DNA of 49,837 bases. Source: an uncultured Devosia sp. Its GTDB lineage: Bacteria; Pseudomonadota; Alphaproteobacteria; Rhizobiales; Devosiaceae. The position numbers and the translations under genes are program-made. Shown piece by piece: positions 26,486 to 35,751 of the stretch. Numbering within the stretch: the first letter of the stretch is position 1; the number at the start of each line of letters is the position of its first letter. The notes beneath the pieces were generated by a model. It was not told the origin of the DNA and ran no database searches. It saw only the letters and a program-made list of their open reading frames with translations. The stretch is taken from positions 1 to 49,837 of the forward strand of contig CAXBHD010000001.1 in the NCBI GenBank assembly GCA_963975335.1, in the 5' to 3' direction.

Positions 26486-27610
26486 ATGCGTCATCGACCG
26501 TCCGATTCTCGGCTGTCGCTGGAGGTAAATCTCGTGGTGGGCGCAAAACGTGTTTCGCATCCCCAATCGTCTACTCGGGGCCACTGGGCTGATTTAGATA
26601 ACGAGCAACTCCTCGAGGCCCAGTTCTTCAATGAAAGTCCCGAGCATCTGCCAAGGTTGCTGGAGCGAATGCCTCTAGGCGAGGAGCTACCGCATATCGA
26701 GTTTACCTACGACACGCGCGGTGGCGCAATGGTGAGGTGCAGGCACTGCAAACCTAATGCAGCCAACCATCACCGTGGATTTGTTCTTCGATATGAAAAC
26801 GGTGACAGGGTTCTCGTTGGCAAGGACTGCGGCGCCAAACAGTTCGGAGAAAGCTTCAACATCCGAAAGAACGAGTTTAGCGCGGCATCAAAAAGGGCTG
26901 AGCTTCTCAAGAGGCGCGAACATATCATTCGCCACCGGCGCAGAGCATTGCAGATCATAGAGACCATAGAGGGCTACGATGGTTGGGGCGCCTACGCCCG
27001 GAGTAAAAAGTCGTTTCGCCACGGTCTTTGGCAAATCGTAGGTGCCCTTCAAGAGGCGGTACAGCGGCGCGACGGGGTGTTGTACATTACTGACCGGGTC
27101 CGAGATCTGGCCGCTGAACAAAAACGGACAAGATCCGGGCCCCCAATAATGAAGGAGGTAGAGGTGCCTGTAGGTACGCTCGCCGGGCAAAGCTTTTTCA
27201 CTTCATCCGGCGAGTTGCCTGATCGACAAGTGACGGCGCTAATGGGACGGTTAAAGTCTGCGATATTTAACTCGATAGGCGAGGCAGACCGAGACCATGA
27301 CCTTAAGATGTTGTTCAAGGGGATAGACAACCTCATCGACGCTCTAGACCACCAATTGGAACTGGTAATCGATCTCTCGCTGGCCGCAGCCCCCCCTAAT
27401 CTGCAGCTTCTTTGTAATTGGATGCATGGTCGGGGCATGGGGCACTACCGCGTCCAAGATACTACACTGTATCGTCACGATGCGGCGAACCAGGTTGTGT
27501 CGGTCCAGCGGGGCGAAGGTAAATACCCTGTCCGTTTCGAAATTAGTCTACCCGAGTCCGCCCCCCCCAAGAAGGAACTGCACGAGCTTCGATCCTGCCT
27601 GAGGCGCTGA
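26486..27610 (+). CDS. Hypothetical protein with a putative Zn-binding N-terminal domain (start uncertain)
   Basis: CRHC...HHRG...VGKDC followed by helical/coiled-coil region; 374-aa ORF in AT-richer DNA. Confidence 0.7.
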   Translation: MRHRPSDSRLSLEVNLVVGAKRVSHPQSSTRGHWADLDNEQLLEAQFFNESPEHLPRLLERMPLGEELPHIEFTYDTRGGAMVRCRHCKPNAANHHRGFVLRYENGDRVLVGKDCGAKQFGESFNIRKNEFSAASKRAELLKRREHIIRHRRRALQIIETIEGYDGWGAYARSKKSFRHGLWQIVGALQEAVQRRDGVLYITDRVRDLAAEQKRTRSGPPIMKEVEVPVGTLAGQSFFTSSGELPDRQVTALMGRLKSAIFNSIGEADRDHDLKMLFKGIDNLIDALDHQLELVIDLSLAAAPPNLQLLCNWMHGRGMGHYRVQDTTLYRHDAANQVVSVQRGEGKYPVRFEISLPESAPPKKELHELRSCLRR

Positions 27611-27713
27611 TGGAAGCGGGCGAGTTAGCGTGTGGCCGCATTTCTACGACGCGGGTCGGCATCTAACTAGTCGACCAGCCCTTCATCGGGTTTCGAAACG
27701 CCACTTGGCATCA

Positions 27714-29252
27714 TCACATTGACGTTCGCCTCTTTCGTGCTGCCCGCTCTGCGGCACGTCTCTGCTGACGCGATATTCTGGGTGCCGAGTCAGGGTATTC
27801 TTGGACCTGCAGCCGTTGCATGACCAAATCGGAAGTTTTGCGAAGGCCATAAAGGTCGCGCCATTTCCCGAGCGTCTCCATGAGGTCTGGAGTCCACTCT
27901 GGGCGTTCGAGTAAGGCTAGATCTTCTGAGCCGCCTTTGCGTCCTGTAATGTTGGGCGACGCATCCACCGCTATGCCGACCACCCTCACAAGTTCGGGCT
28001 GTTGTTCAATTAGATCGTAGCAATAGGCTTCAAGCATCGAGGCCCGCGTCTGCCGGTACTGCTCGTATCCTCCTTGCAGATGGAAATCGGGATAGGCCAG
28101 GATAAGAAAGATGTACCCTACCTCCTTATTTGCCGAGTCGGGTCCCGGCAGAATTCTGCGAGCGAACTTGGGAGCGCGTACGCTTTCCGCCGTCTTGATC
28201 GCATCCAAGACAGTGCTCCCTAACATACGCCTCTGCATGCGGCTTTCCCTGGCCATGACGCGTAAAGCGCGCTCTGACATACTGACACTAAGGGTTTTGC
28301 CGTCGGGAGGCACTGAGGTCCCGTCGAGAACGTGACCCACAAACAGTTCAATTAGTCTGTCCCAAAAATATGAAGGCTCATCAGCGACTTTCTTCGACTG
28401 GTAGCCAGGGTGGGAATGCAACCAGTTGAACGTGCCATCTTTTACTATGATCTGGTCGTGTGGGCCAAATGGTTTGCCGTTGTCCGCGACGAAGTCGTGA
28501 TTGCCGTCAGGCCCGATATTTTTGAGAAATAGCGCGAGTAGGTCTTCCTCCCCAGGAGCCCCCACGAAGTTTCCAGATCGCATGAATGCGGCACGTCTCG
28601 TCAGGTAAGTGGTGAAATCGACAACTGTGTCCAGTTCAGAAAACACGACGTCGAGTGCCTCTGGGTCGAAGACATGTACGAAAGTGCCATCTGGATTGGC
28701 ATCACCTACCCGGAATGGTTTTGCGACATGACCGAGGGTGGAGTCGTAGTGCTGGGTGCCTCTGATCGCGGGCTCGATCACCAAAGTCCCAATGCCGCCC
28801 TCAAAATGGGCCCGGCACGCCTCGCTCGCACCAACTGCGACGGCAATTAGGTGTATTCGTCTCCGTTCCTTAGGCGGCAAACTAAACGGGAACGGCATGG
28901 TACACTCACGGTCGAGATAGAGCCGGTCAGCATGCGTTTCTACCCAACGAGCTGCACCGGCTAGCTGATCTACTGAATGCTCCACTGCACGCCGATACCA
29001 GCGTGACCAAGCAAGTGAGAGTTCGGAATTTGGCCAAGCGATGGACTTGTCGCTGAAGATAAGCACATCATCCCCGCACACAATAAGTAGATCGGCCAGC
29101 TCCTTACCTTGCCTGTTTTTCTGGTTCTTTCCATCCCGCTTGTCCACGAACACGTTAGGGTAGGACCAGAGGCGCAAAAAGGTCTTCTCGGCCAAAGCGG
29201 CCAGGTACCTTTCGCTTTCAGTGACCCCTGCGCCACGAACGACCTGACTCAT
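27714..29252 (-). CDS. NERD-like PD-(D/E)XK nuclease-domain protein
   Basis: SERYLA.LA..TFL.LWSYPN, KELADLLIV, IFSDK, A..QL.GA.RW, ELDT..DF..YL; ORF open to 29303. Confidence 0.7.
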   Translation of the reverse strand: MSQVVRGAGVTESERYLAALAEKTFLRLWSYPNVFVDKRDGKNQKNRQGKELADLLIVCGDDVLIFSDKSIAWPNSELSLAWSRWYRRAVEHSVDQLAGAARWVETHADRLYLDRECTMPFPFSLPPKERRRIHLIAVAVGASEACRAHFEGGIGTLVIEPAIRGTQHYDSTLGHVAKPFRVGDANPDGTFVHVFDPEALDVVFSELDTVVDFTTYLTRRAAFMRSGNFVGAPGEEDLLALFLKNIGPDGNHDFVADNGKPFGPHDQIIVKDGTFNWLHSHPGYQSKKVADEPSYFWDRLIELFVGHVLDGTSVPPDGKTLSVSMSERALRVMARESRMQRRMLGSTVLDAIKTAESVRAPKFARRILPGPDSANKEVGYIFLILAYPDFHLQGGYEQYRQTRASMLEAYCYDLIEQQPELVRVVGIAVDASPNITGRKGGSEDLALLERPEWTPDLMETLGKWRDLYGLRKTSDLVMQRLQVQEYPDSAPRISRQQRRAAERAARKRRTSM

Positions 29253-29353
29253 TTGGCGCTTGGCATAGCGCTGGATTTTTCCAAAGGCATCGATCCTCCT
29301 CATTCAACGCGGTTTGCGCTGAAATCATCTGTCAGCCAATAAGCGGTGATCCA

Positions 29354-30289
29354 CTAGACGCCGGCGTGTTCCAGCCATGGCGCGCTAGACGCAGGCCTGG
29401 GTGACTTCTTTTCCTTATGAGGTGGGTTCTCAATGGAGCATTCGTCACGACCAAGGAAAGCTGCGAACCAGTAATGCCGTCTGATTGCGCTCTTCACGGC
29501 GCTTTGCGGCATATATTTGAACATGCGTGCCTTCTCGAGGTAGCTGGAAAAATTCGCCGACTCCGCTACTAGGCCATTGAGGCTTGCTACACTCAATTCC
29601 GCGCTGGTGATCTGACTCCTTACAAGATTTGAGTATGCATGCTTCTTCGGCTTGGACAGCAGGTCGTCTTCGTCAATCCGACGCAGTATGGTGTAGAGAA
29701 TTCGGAAGTAAGGACTAATTGTAGTCTCACTATGATCATGAACGATTGAACGATACGTAGTGCCAAGTGCCCTTCGGTCTACTTGTGGGTCACCGTGCGC
29801 TTTCCAGTCCTTCAAATGCCAAGCCAGTTCCTCATGCATCGCCTGAAATGCCGCAAAGCCCGTTCTTTTGTCATGAGCTGAGGCAGCAGGGTGGGCTTTT
29901 TGGAAAGCTCCCCCATGGGTGAATTGCACTTCACTTCTCAGGCTGCGCCCCAGCTCAAGCAACTGGAAAAAACGGGACTCAAACTGTTCCTCGTGCTTCT
30001 GCACGTTTTGATCATGAGCGGAAAAAAGCTGCAGCAGAATTGTAACTAGCACGCCTAGAAATGCGAGACCTCCTACCGCGGCGTTAAGCGCTCCATAGCT
30101 GTCACCTACCTGGCCGAGTACCGCCAAAGAGGGCTTTAGATCTTTAGCCTGCGCCGATATAGCAGCTAGCTGTCCAGGCCAAGTCTGCCAAAGGCCAAAC
30201 ATCCAAATTACTAGCCAGATCAGGCCAACTGGCACCACGGCAAAAGAAGCCCACGGCAGAAAGCGACGCATGTAATAACTTTCGTGCAA
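29354..30289 (-). CDS. Putative phage abortive infection protein (putAbiC-like) with two TM helices
   Basis: GQVGDSYGALN, QFESRFFQLL, YFRILY.IL..ID, Y.NLVRSQIT..EL. Confidence 0.8.
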   Translation of the reverse strand: MHESYYMRRFLPWASFAVVPVGLIWLVIWMFGLWQTWPGQLAAISAQAKDLKPSLAVLGQVGDSYGALNAAVGGLAFLGVLVTILLQLFSAHDQNVQKHEEQFESRFFQLLELGRSLRSEVQFTHGGAFQKAHPAASAHDKRTGFAAFQAMHEELAWHLKDWKAHGDPQVDRRALGTTYRSIVHDHSETTISPYFRILYTILRRIDEDDLLSKPKKHAYSNLVRSQITSAELSVASLNGLVAESANFSSYLEKARMFKYMPQSAVKSAIRRHYWFAAFLGRDECSIENPPHKEKKSPRPASSAPWLEHAGV

Positions 30290-30739
30290 TAACAGTCACT
30301 CCTCCTACCTTCTGCACCGCAGGAAAAAGGGCAAGGGCGAAAGCAGTATTTGGTGAAGCGGTCGCGGTGTGTCACGGTGACGTTCGGCGGCCTCAAATAA
30401 TCGCCATCCAGCGCATTTCCTTATGTACGCATCTTTGAATTGGGCGATGGCTGTCTAGCCTCTTCAAAACGGGTTTAAATGGCCGCTAGACAAGACATGT
30501 GCCCAATCAGCTAGGCACAGAAAAATGTGGGAGACACTTTGAGCATAACTAACCGTGCTACGCCTTTTCTGAATGCAGATCCTGTGCAGCTGGTGTCCGA
30601 GGTGTGGTCGGGCGGCTACGCTGACTGATGTCAAAATAGTCGTCCGTGCGGGAATCAATCAAAACTACGGCTGAGGCCCATCAGGTCTTGCATTCCGCCT
30701 AGCACGGTCAATGGCATCCCTAGGCTGTGTGCAATACCG

Positions 30740-30785
30740 TGCCGTACCCGCGGCAATGCTAACGCTCGTCCCGCCCTGCCACGTT
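30740..30785 (+). promoter_or_regulatory. Putative activator-dependent late promoter (head/tail operon)
   Basis: TGCCGTACCCGCGGCAATGCTA 30740-30761 matches the 11955 motif; -10-like CACGTT at identical spacing. Confidence 0.65.
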
Positions 30786-30792
30786 GCCGGTC

Positions 30793-31905
30793 ATGCAAAC
30801 CGGCGTCAACCACTCTTCCGCACCCCGTCTTTCGCTGCACCATGAGGGCAGCGATAGCCTCCTGCTCTGTGCAGCGCTGGCGCTGCCCGGCGCCGAGAGT
30901 GCCGACCAGGTGCCGGACTGGATTCACCTGCTGCCGCGCGGTGAGCTGCGCACCGTCGATGATCGCGGGCCCTTCAAGGTCGAGCCGCCCGACCGGCTGA
31001 TCCTCAATTCCATGAGTGCGGGCGATCGCCTGCCGATCGACGAGAACCATGCCACCGACCTGGCCGCGCCCAAGGGCCTGCCGGCGCCGGCACGCGGCTG
31101 GATTGTCGCGTTGGAAAACCGCGACAGCGGCATCTGGGGACGCGTCGAGTGGACGGAAGAGGGCCGCCAGCTGGTGGCCTCGCGCGCCTATCGCGGCATT
31201 TCGCCGGTGCTCGACCATCGCCGCAGCGACAATGTGGTTTTTGCCCTGCGCCGCGCTTCCCTCGTCAACCGCCCCAATCTTCGGGGCCTTGCCACCCTGC
31301 ACCAGGAGACGTCCGACATGGACCTGTTGACCAGACTGCTTGCCGCCTTGGGCCTGCCCGCCTCCACCAGCGAGGACACGCTTCTGGCGGCCGTTACCAC
31401 GCTGCATGCCGATCATGCCGCCCAGCTCACCACGCTGCAGGCTGTGGCCAAGGCGGCCGGGCTCGACGAAGGCGCCGACGGGGCCAGACTGACCGAAACG
31501 GTGACCATGCTGATGGCGGCGGCCGAGCAGGACAAGGACGCGGTGATCACCACGCTGCAGGCCGAACTGGGCGCCACGACCACAAGGCTCAATACGCTGG
31601 AAACCGAAGGCAAGCGCAGCCGCGCCGAGGCCTTTGTCGATGGCGCGATCCTCGCCCGCAAGGTCGGCGTCAAGCCGCTGCGCGACCACTATGTCACCCG
31701 CCACATGGCCAATCCCGCCGAGGTGGAAAAGGAACTCAACAGCCTGCCGAGCCTCGACCCCAGCCACACCGCGCTGGTGCCGCCGCGCAGCGCGGACGGC
31801 AAGCTGACGCTGCAGGCCGAACAGAAGGCCGTCGCGCAGCTGCTGGGCCTCTCCGAAGCCGACATGCTCAAGACGCTGCAGGCCGAGCAGGCCACCGCCG
31901 CCTAA
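30793..31905 (+). CDS. Mu-like protease/scaffold protein I (gp32)
   Basis: PDWIHLLP.G, LPIDENHATD, APARGWI, VEWT, YRGISPV, SLVNRPNL. Confidence 0.93.
   Translation: MQTGVNHSSAPRLSLHHEGSDSLLLCAALALPGAESADQVPDWIHLLPRGELRTVDDRGPFKVEPPDRLILNSMSAGDRLPIDENHATDLAAPKGLPAPARGWIVALENRDSGIWGRVEWTEEGRQLVASRAYRGISPVLDHRRSDNVVFALRRASLVNRPNLRGLATLHQETSDMDLLTRLLAALGLPASTSEDTLLAAVTTLHADHAAQLTTLQAVAKAAGLDEGADGARLTETVTMLMAAAEQDKDAVITTLQAELGATTTRLNTLETEGKRSRAEAFVDGAILARKVGVKPLRDHYVTRHMANPAEVEKELNSLPSLDPSHTALVPPRSADGKLTLQAEQKAVAQLLGLSEADMLKTLQAEQATAA
31318..31905 (+). CDS. Nested in-frame scaffold protein (Mu Z-like)
   Basis: AGGAG at 31304-31308 before in-frame ATG 31318, right after the protease domain. Confidence 0.65.
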   Translation: MDLLTRLLAALGLPASTSEDTLLAAVTTLHADHAAQLTTLQAVAKAAGLDEGADGARLTETVTMLMAAAEQDKDAVITTLQAELGATTTRLNTLETEGKRSRAEAFVDGAILARKVGVKPLRDHYVTRHMANPAEVEKELNSLPSLDPSHTALVPPRSADGKLTLQAEQKAVAQLLGLSEADMLKTLQAEQATAA

Positions 31906-31947
31906 TCAACCGGCGCCCCGGCGCCCAACCGCAAAGGAAACCGGACC

Positions 31948-32361
31948 ATGCCCCTCGCCAAAGACCGCAATACCGCCGAAGCCCTGGGCGACGTGTTCGA
32001 GTTCGGCCAGGCTGCCGCCACCACGCTCTATGCCGGCGCGCTGGCCATGCTCAATGCGTCTGGCTTCGTCACGCCCGGCGCCGTCGCCACCGGCCAGATC
32101 TGTGCCGGCCGCGTCCAGGAGCGCTCGGTCAATGCCGGGGCGGCCGGGGCGGTGCGCGCCAAGGTCAAGCGCGGCAACTTCTGGTGGAAGAATTCGGCCG
32201 CTGCCGACCTCATCGCCATCACCGAAATCGGCGACGACTGCTTCATCCTGGATGACGAAACGGTGGCCAAGACCAATGGCAGCAATACCCGTTCGGTCGC
32301 CGGCAAGGTGCTGGCGGTGGATGCCAATCTGGGCGTCCTGGTCCGCACCGGGCTGTTCTGA
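31948..32361 (+). CDS. Putative capsid decoration/cement protein
   Basis: DRNT...IGDDCFILDDETVAKT...RS.AG.V; lies between I and T. Confidence 0.75.
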   Translation: MPLAKDRNTAEALGDVFEFGQAAATTLYAGALAMLNASGFVTPGAVATGQICAGRVQERSVNAGAAGAVRAKVKRGNFWWKNSAAADLIAITEIGDDCFILDDETVAKTNGSNTRSVAGKVLAVDANLGVLVRTGLF

Positions 32362-32396
32362 CCCCCTCCCGCAACCCCGTTTTCAAGGTCCGTTTC

Positions 32397-33296
32397 ATGC
32401 TCGTCAATGCCGCCAATCTCGACAGCCTGCGCGTCGGCTTCAAGACCTCCTTCCAGAATGGCCTGGGCCAGGCCGCGCCGGATTGGGAGCGCATCGCCAC
32501 CCGCGTCCCCTCGACCCAGAAGGAACAGAAATATGGCTGGCTGGGCAAGATCCCGCGGGTGCGCGAATGGATCGGGCCGCGCGCCGTGCAGAACCTGCAG
32601 CAGCACGACTACGCCATCACCGAAAAGCCCTGGGAACTGACCATCGCCGTCGACAAGGACGATATCGAAACCGACAATCTGGGCATGTATGGCCCCATGT
32701 TCCAGGAGATGGGCAACCAGACCAGGGCGCTGCCCAGCCAGCTGGTCTATTCCATGCTGATCGGTGGCTTTGCCACCAACTGCTATGATGGGCAGTTCTT
32801 TTTCGACACCGATCACCCCGTCCTCGACAAGGCCGGCGCGGTGCAGTCGGTTTCCAATACGGGCGGGGGCTCGGGTACGCCCTGGTTCCTGCTCTGCACC
32901 CGCGGCGTGCTCAAGCCCATCATCTATCAGGAGCGCAAAAGCTTCGAATTCGTCGCCAAGGACAAGCTCGACGACGATAATGTCTTCGAGCTCAAGGAAT
33001 TCCGCTATGGCGCCGATGCGCGCTCCAATGTCGGCTTCGGCTTCTGGCAGATGGCCTATGGCTCCAAACAGACGCTCAACGCGGCCAGCTATGCGGTAGC
33101 GCGGGCGGCACTGATGAGCATGACCGGCGACTTCGGCAATCCGCTGGGCCTGATGCCCGACCTGCTGGTCGTGCCGCCCGCGCTGGAAAGCGCAGCCCGC
33201 AAGATCCTCAATTCCGAATATGCGGCCGGTGGCGAAACCAACGAATGGAAGGGCACGGCCGAGCTGTTTGCCACGCCCTGGCTGGCCGCCGCCTAG
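32397..33296 (+). CDS. Mu-like major head subunit gpT
   Basis: YGWLG..P.VREWIG.R, DIETDNLG.Y, CYDGQFFFDTDHPV, LKP.IYQER, GFGFWQMAYGS, LVVPPALE. Confidence 0.95.
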   Translation: MLVNAANLDSLRVGFKTSFQNGLGQAAPDWERIATRVPSTQKEQKYGWLGKIPRVREWIGPRAVQNLQQHDYAITEKPWELTIAVDKDDIETDNLGMYGPMFQEMGNQTRALPSQLVYSMLIGGFATNCYDGQFFFDTDHPVLDKAGAVQSVSNTGGGSGTPWFLLCTRGVLKPIIYQERKSFEFVAKDKLDDDNVFELKEFRYGADARSNVGFGFWQMAYGSKQTLNAASYAVARAALMSMTGDFGNPLGLMPDLLVVPPALESAARKILNSEYAAGGETNEWKGTAELFATPWLAAA

Positions 33297-33319
33297 CCCC
33301 TGAACCGAAAGGAAAGCCA

Positions 33320-34054
33320 ATGGCCAAGACACCCAGCAAGAGCCGGGCCGCCCAGAGCAAGCCCGCGCAAACGCCGTCGCCGCGGCCTCTTTCCGCGGCA
33401 GAGCTGGCCGACCTGGCCGCCGCCTGGGACGCGGCGCGCAGCGAATTGCAGGCGGCCGGTGACGCCGTCGCGGCGATCGAGGCCACACTGCAGGCGCTGG
33501 CGCCCGAAGCCGACCGCAGCGAAAGCGAGACCCAGCTCGCCGCGGCGCGCGATCGGGTGATCCAGGCGCAGAATGCCATAGCGGCGCTGACGCCGCTCTC
33601 CACCGATGTGAAACTGCCCGATGCCACCCAGCGCCCCACGGCGAGGAAGCCCGCGCCGCGCCCGGCGCAGCCCACGCCATCGGATGATCCGCTCCAGGCC
33701 ATCACGGTTATCGGCCCGGTAAAGGGCCGCCGCCGCGCCGGCTTCGACTTTGGCGCCGCGCCCCGCACCGTGCTGGTCACCGCCGAGCAGAGGGCCCTGA
33801 TCGAGGCCGATCTCAGCCTGTCAGTGACCGATGGCGGCGCTGCGCCCGAAGGCGCCGCGCCCCCCAGGCGGCTTGAGGCGGGCGATTTCGACTTTGCCGG
33901 CCAGCCCTCGATTCTGGTCAAGGTGCTCGGCCCGGCCAAGGGTCGACGGCGCGCCGGCTTTGAATTTGGCGCCACGGCCAGGACCGTCCCGGTCGACCCC
34001 GAACAGTTGCGTTCCATTCTGGCCGACGCCCAGCTGGCGGTGTCACCGGCCTGA
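33320..34054 (+). CDS. HI1506/gp35-like protein with a duplicated domain
   Basis: Two copies of V.GP.KGRRRAGF.FG...RTV....EQ...I.AD..L.V. Confidence 0.7.
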   Translation: MAKTPSKSRAAQSKPAQTPSPRPLSAAELADLAAAWDAARSELQAAGDAVAAIEATLQALAPEADRSESETQLAAARDRVIQAQNAIAALTPLSTDVKLPDATQRPTARKPAPRPAQPTPSDDPLQAITVIGPVKGRRRAGFDFGAAPRTVLVTAEQRALIEADLSLSVTDGGAAPEGAAPPRRLEAGDFDFAGQPSILVKVLGPAKGRRRAGFEFGATARTVPVDPEQLRSILADAQLAVSPA

Positions 34055-34162
34055 TTCACCCCTTTGCCGTCGCCGGTCCTCAAGCCAAGGCAGTGCGGCA
34101 TTACCCCGGCCGGCGGCCGTGACGCAGCCGCCGGCCGGGACCAGACAAGAGTGGAAGTGCCC

Positions 34163-34600
34163 ATGGCCTATTGCACCATCGACCAGCTGACCGAGCGCTA
34201 TGGCGCGGTGATGCTGACCCAGCTCAGCGATCGGGCCGAATTGGCGCCTGGCGGGCCTTCCATCGACGCCGCCTTGTTCGAGCGCGCCATCGCCGATGCC
34301 GATGCGCTGATCGATGGCTATCTGTTCGGCCGCTACCAGCTGCCGCTCGCGCAGGTACCGACCCTTTTGGTCGATCTCAGCCAGCGCGTCGCCATCTATT
34401 TCGCCCATGGCCAGGTCGCCAGCGACAAGATCCGCAAGGATTACGAGGACGCGGTCAAGACGCTGGAGCGCATCGCCGCCAACACCATCCGCCTGCAGGT
34501 CGACGGCGTCGAGCCAGCCAGCTCCGGCCAGGACGGCGAAGTCCTGCTGACCCAGACCGACCGGCCGATGACCGTGGACAGCATGAAGGGCTATATCTGA
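34163..34600 (+). CDS. Mu gp36-like head-tail adaptor (DUF1320)
   Basis: MAYCT..QL..RYG, AIADADALIDGYL..RY.LPL, YEDAVK.LE.IA. Confidence 0.9.
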   Translation: MAYCTIDQLTERYGAVMLTQLSDRAELAPGGPSIDAALFERAIADADALIDGYLFGRYQLPLAQVPTLLVDLSQRVAIYFAHGQVASDKIRKDYEDAVKTLERIAANTIRLQVDGVEPASSGQDGEVLLTQTDRPMTVDSMKGYI

Positions 34601-35121
34601 TGGCCGGCGTGGGTCTTGCCGTCGAGATCAAGGCCGATGCAGCGCTCGCGGCGCTGGGCAAGGCCGAGGCCAAAACCGAGCAGCCGCGCGACCTCTATGA
34701 TGCCATCGGTTTGGCTCTGCTGGCCTCGACCGATTACCGCTTCGAAACCGAGCAGAGTCCGGACAAGACCCCCTGGCCGAAGTCGATGCGCGTGCTGCTC
34801 GAGGGCGGCAAGACCCTGACCGATAGCGGCCACTTCCGCTCCAGCATGGCCCATGAGGCGACCGATACCGGAGTCGCCGTGGGCACCAATGCCATCCAGG
34901 GCGCCATCCATCAGTTCGGCGGCGTGATCCGCGCCAAAAACGCCAAGGCCCTGGCTTTCTCGATCGGCGGCGAAAAGGTCTTCGTCCAGTCCGTCACCAT
35001 GCCGGCGCGGCCCTATCTCGGCCTCTCCGATGACGACGAGGCCGACATCATTGCCCTGGCCGGCGACTGGCTGACCGAACCGCTGGGCAGCAGCACAGAG
35101 CAGGTGGGGGTCGATGGCTGA
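34600..35121 (+). CDS. Virion morphogenesis protein (Mu gpG / Phage_tail_S-like)
   Basis: RFETEQSPD.TPW, L.DSG, VGTN...AIHQFGG, MPARPYLGLS. Confidence 0.9.
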   Translation: MAGVGLAVEIKADAALAALGKAEAKTEQPRDLYDAIGLALLASTDYRFETEQSPDKTPWPKSMRVLLEGGKTLTDSGHFRSSMAHEATDTGVAVGTNAIQGAIHQFGGVIRAKNAKALAFSIGGEKVFVQSVTMPARPYLGLSDDDEADIIALAGDWLTEPLGSSTEQVGVDG

Positions 35122-35563
35122 CTTTGACACCCTTTCCGCCCTCAAGCCGCTGGTGCAATCGGTGCCCGACCTGGCCGGCGGCAGGACGCTCGAGGCCGCC
35201 GACCTGGCCGAACTGATCCGGCAGCAGGCACTGCCCAACAATCCCGCCACCGCCTTTCTGGTGCCGACCGGCTTGCGCCCGCGCGGCGAGGGCGATGCCG
35301 GCGCCAGCGCCTTCATCCAGTCGATCGACGAAATGGTCGCCGTGGTGCTGGTCGTGCGCACCGCCGCCGATGTCACCGGCGCCAAGGGACTGCCCAGGGT
35401 CAATGCGCTGGTCTGGGCCGTGATCGGGGCCGTGGCCGGCGGCGATGTCGAGGACGCGATCGGCGTGTTCCGCTTTGCCGGTGGCCAGCTCCATTCGGTG
35501 ACGGCCGGCGCCATTTTCTACCAGGTCAATTTCGCCATCCAGCTGCAGCTGAGGAGCTTTTGA
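35114..35563 (+). CDS. Tail terminator-like protein
   Basis: Position before the tail tube; PATAFLVP motif. Confidence 0.65.
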   Translation: MADFDTLSALKPLVQSVPDLAGGRTLEAADLAELIRQQALPNNPATAFLVPTGLRPRGEGDAGASAFIQSIDEMVAVVLVVRTAADVTGAKGLPRVNALVWAVIGAVAGGDVEDAIGVFRFAGGQLHSVTAGAIFYQVNFAIQLQLRSF

Positions 35564-35751
35564 TGCGCAACAGGCCCGCCAAGACCACGCCACCGCCGGC
35601 ACCAGTGCCTGCGCCGCTGCCGGAAAAGGACTGGCCGATGCCCAGCGAAGGCGGCAGCTGGGTCCGCCAGCCTGACGGCTCGCTGCTGCGCGAGGTGGAA
35701 ACGGAAAGCCCGGTTGAACCGCCGTTAAAGGGTGCCGACAATGCCGATTAA
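35563..35751 (+). CDS. Small hypothetical protein
   Basis: TGATG coupling; PSEGGSW.R..DGSL. Confidence 0.6.
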   Translation: MRNRPAKTTPPPAPVPAPLPEKDWPMPSEGGSWVRQPDGSLLREVETESPVEPPLKGADNAD

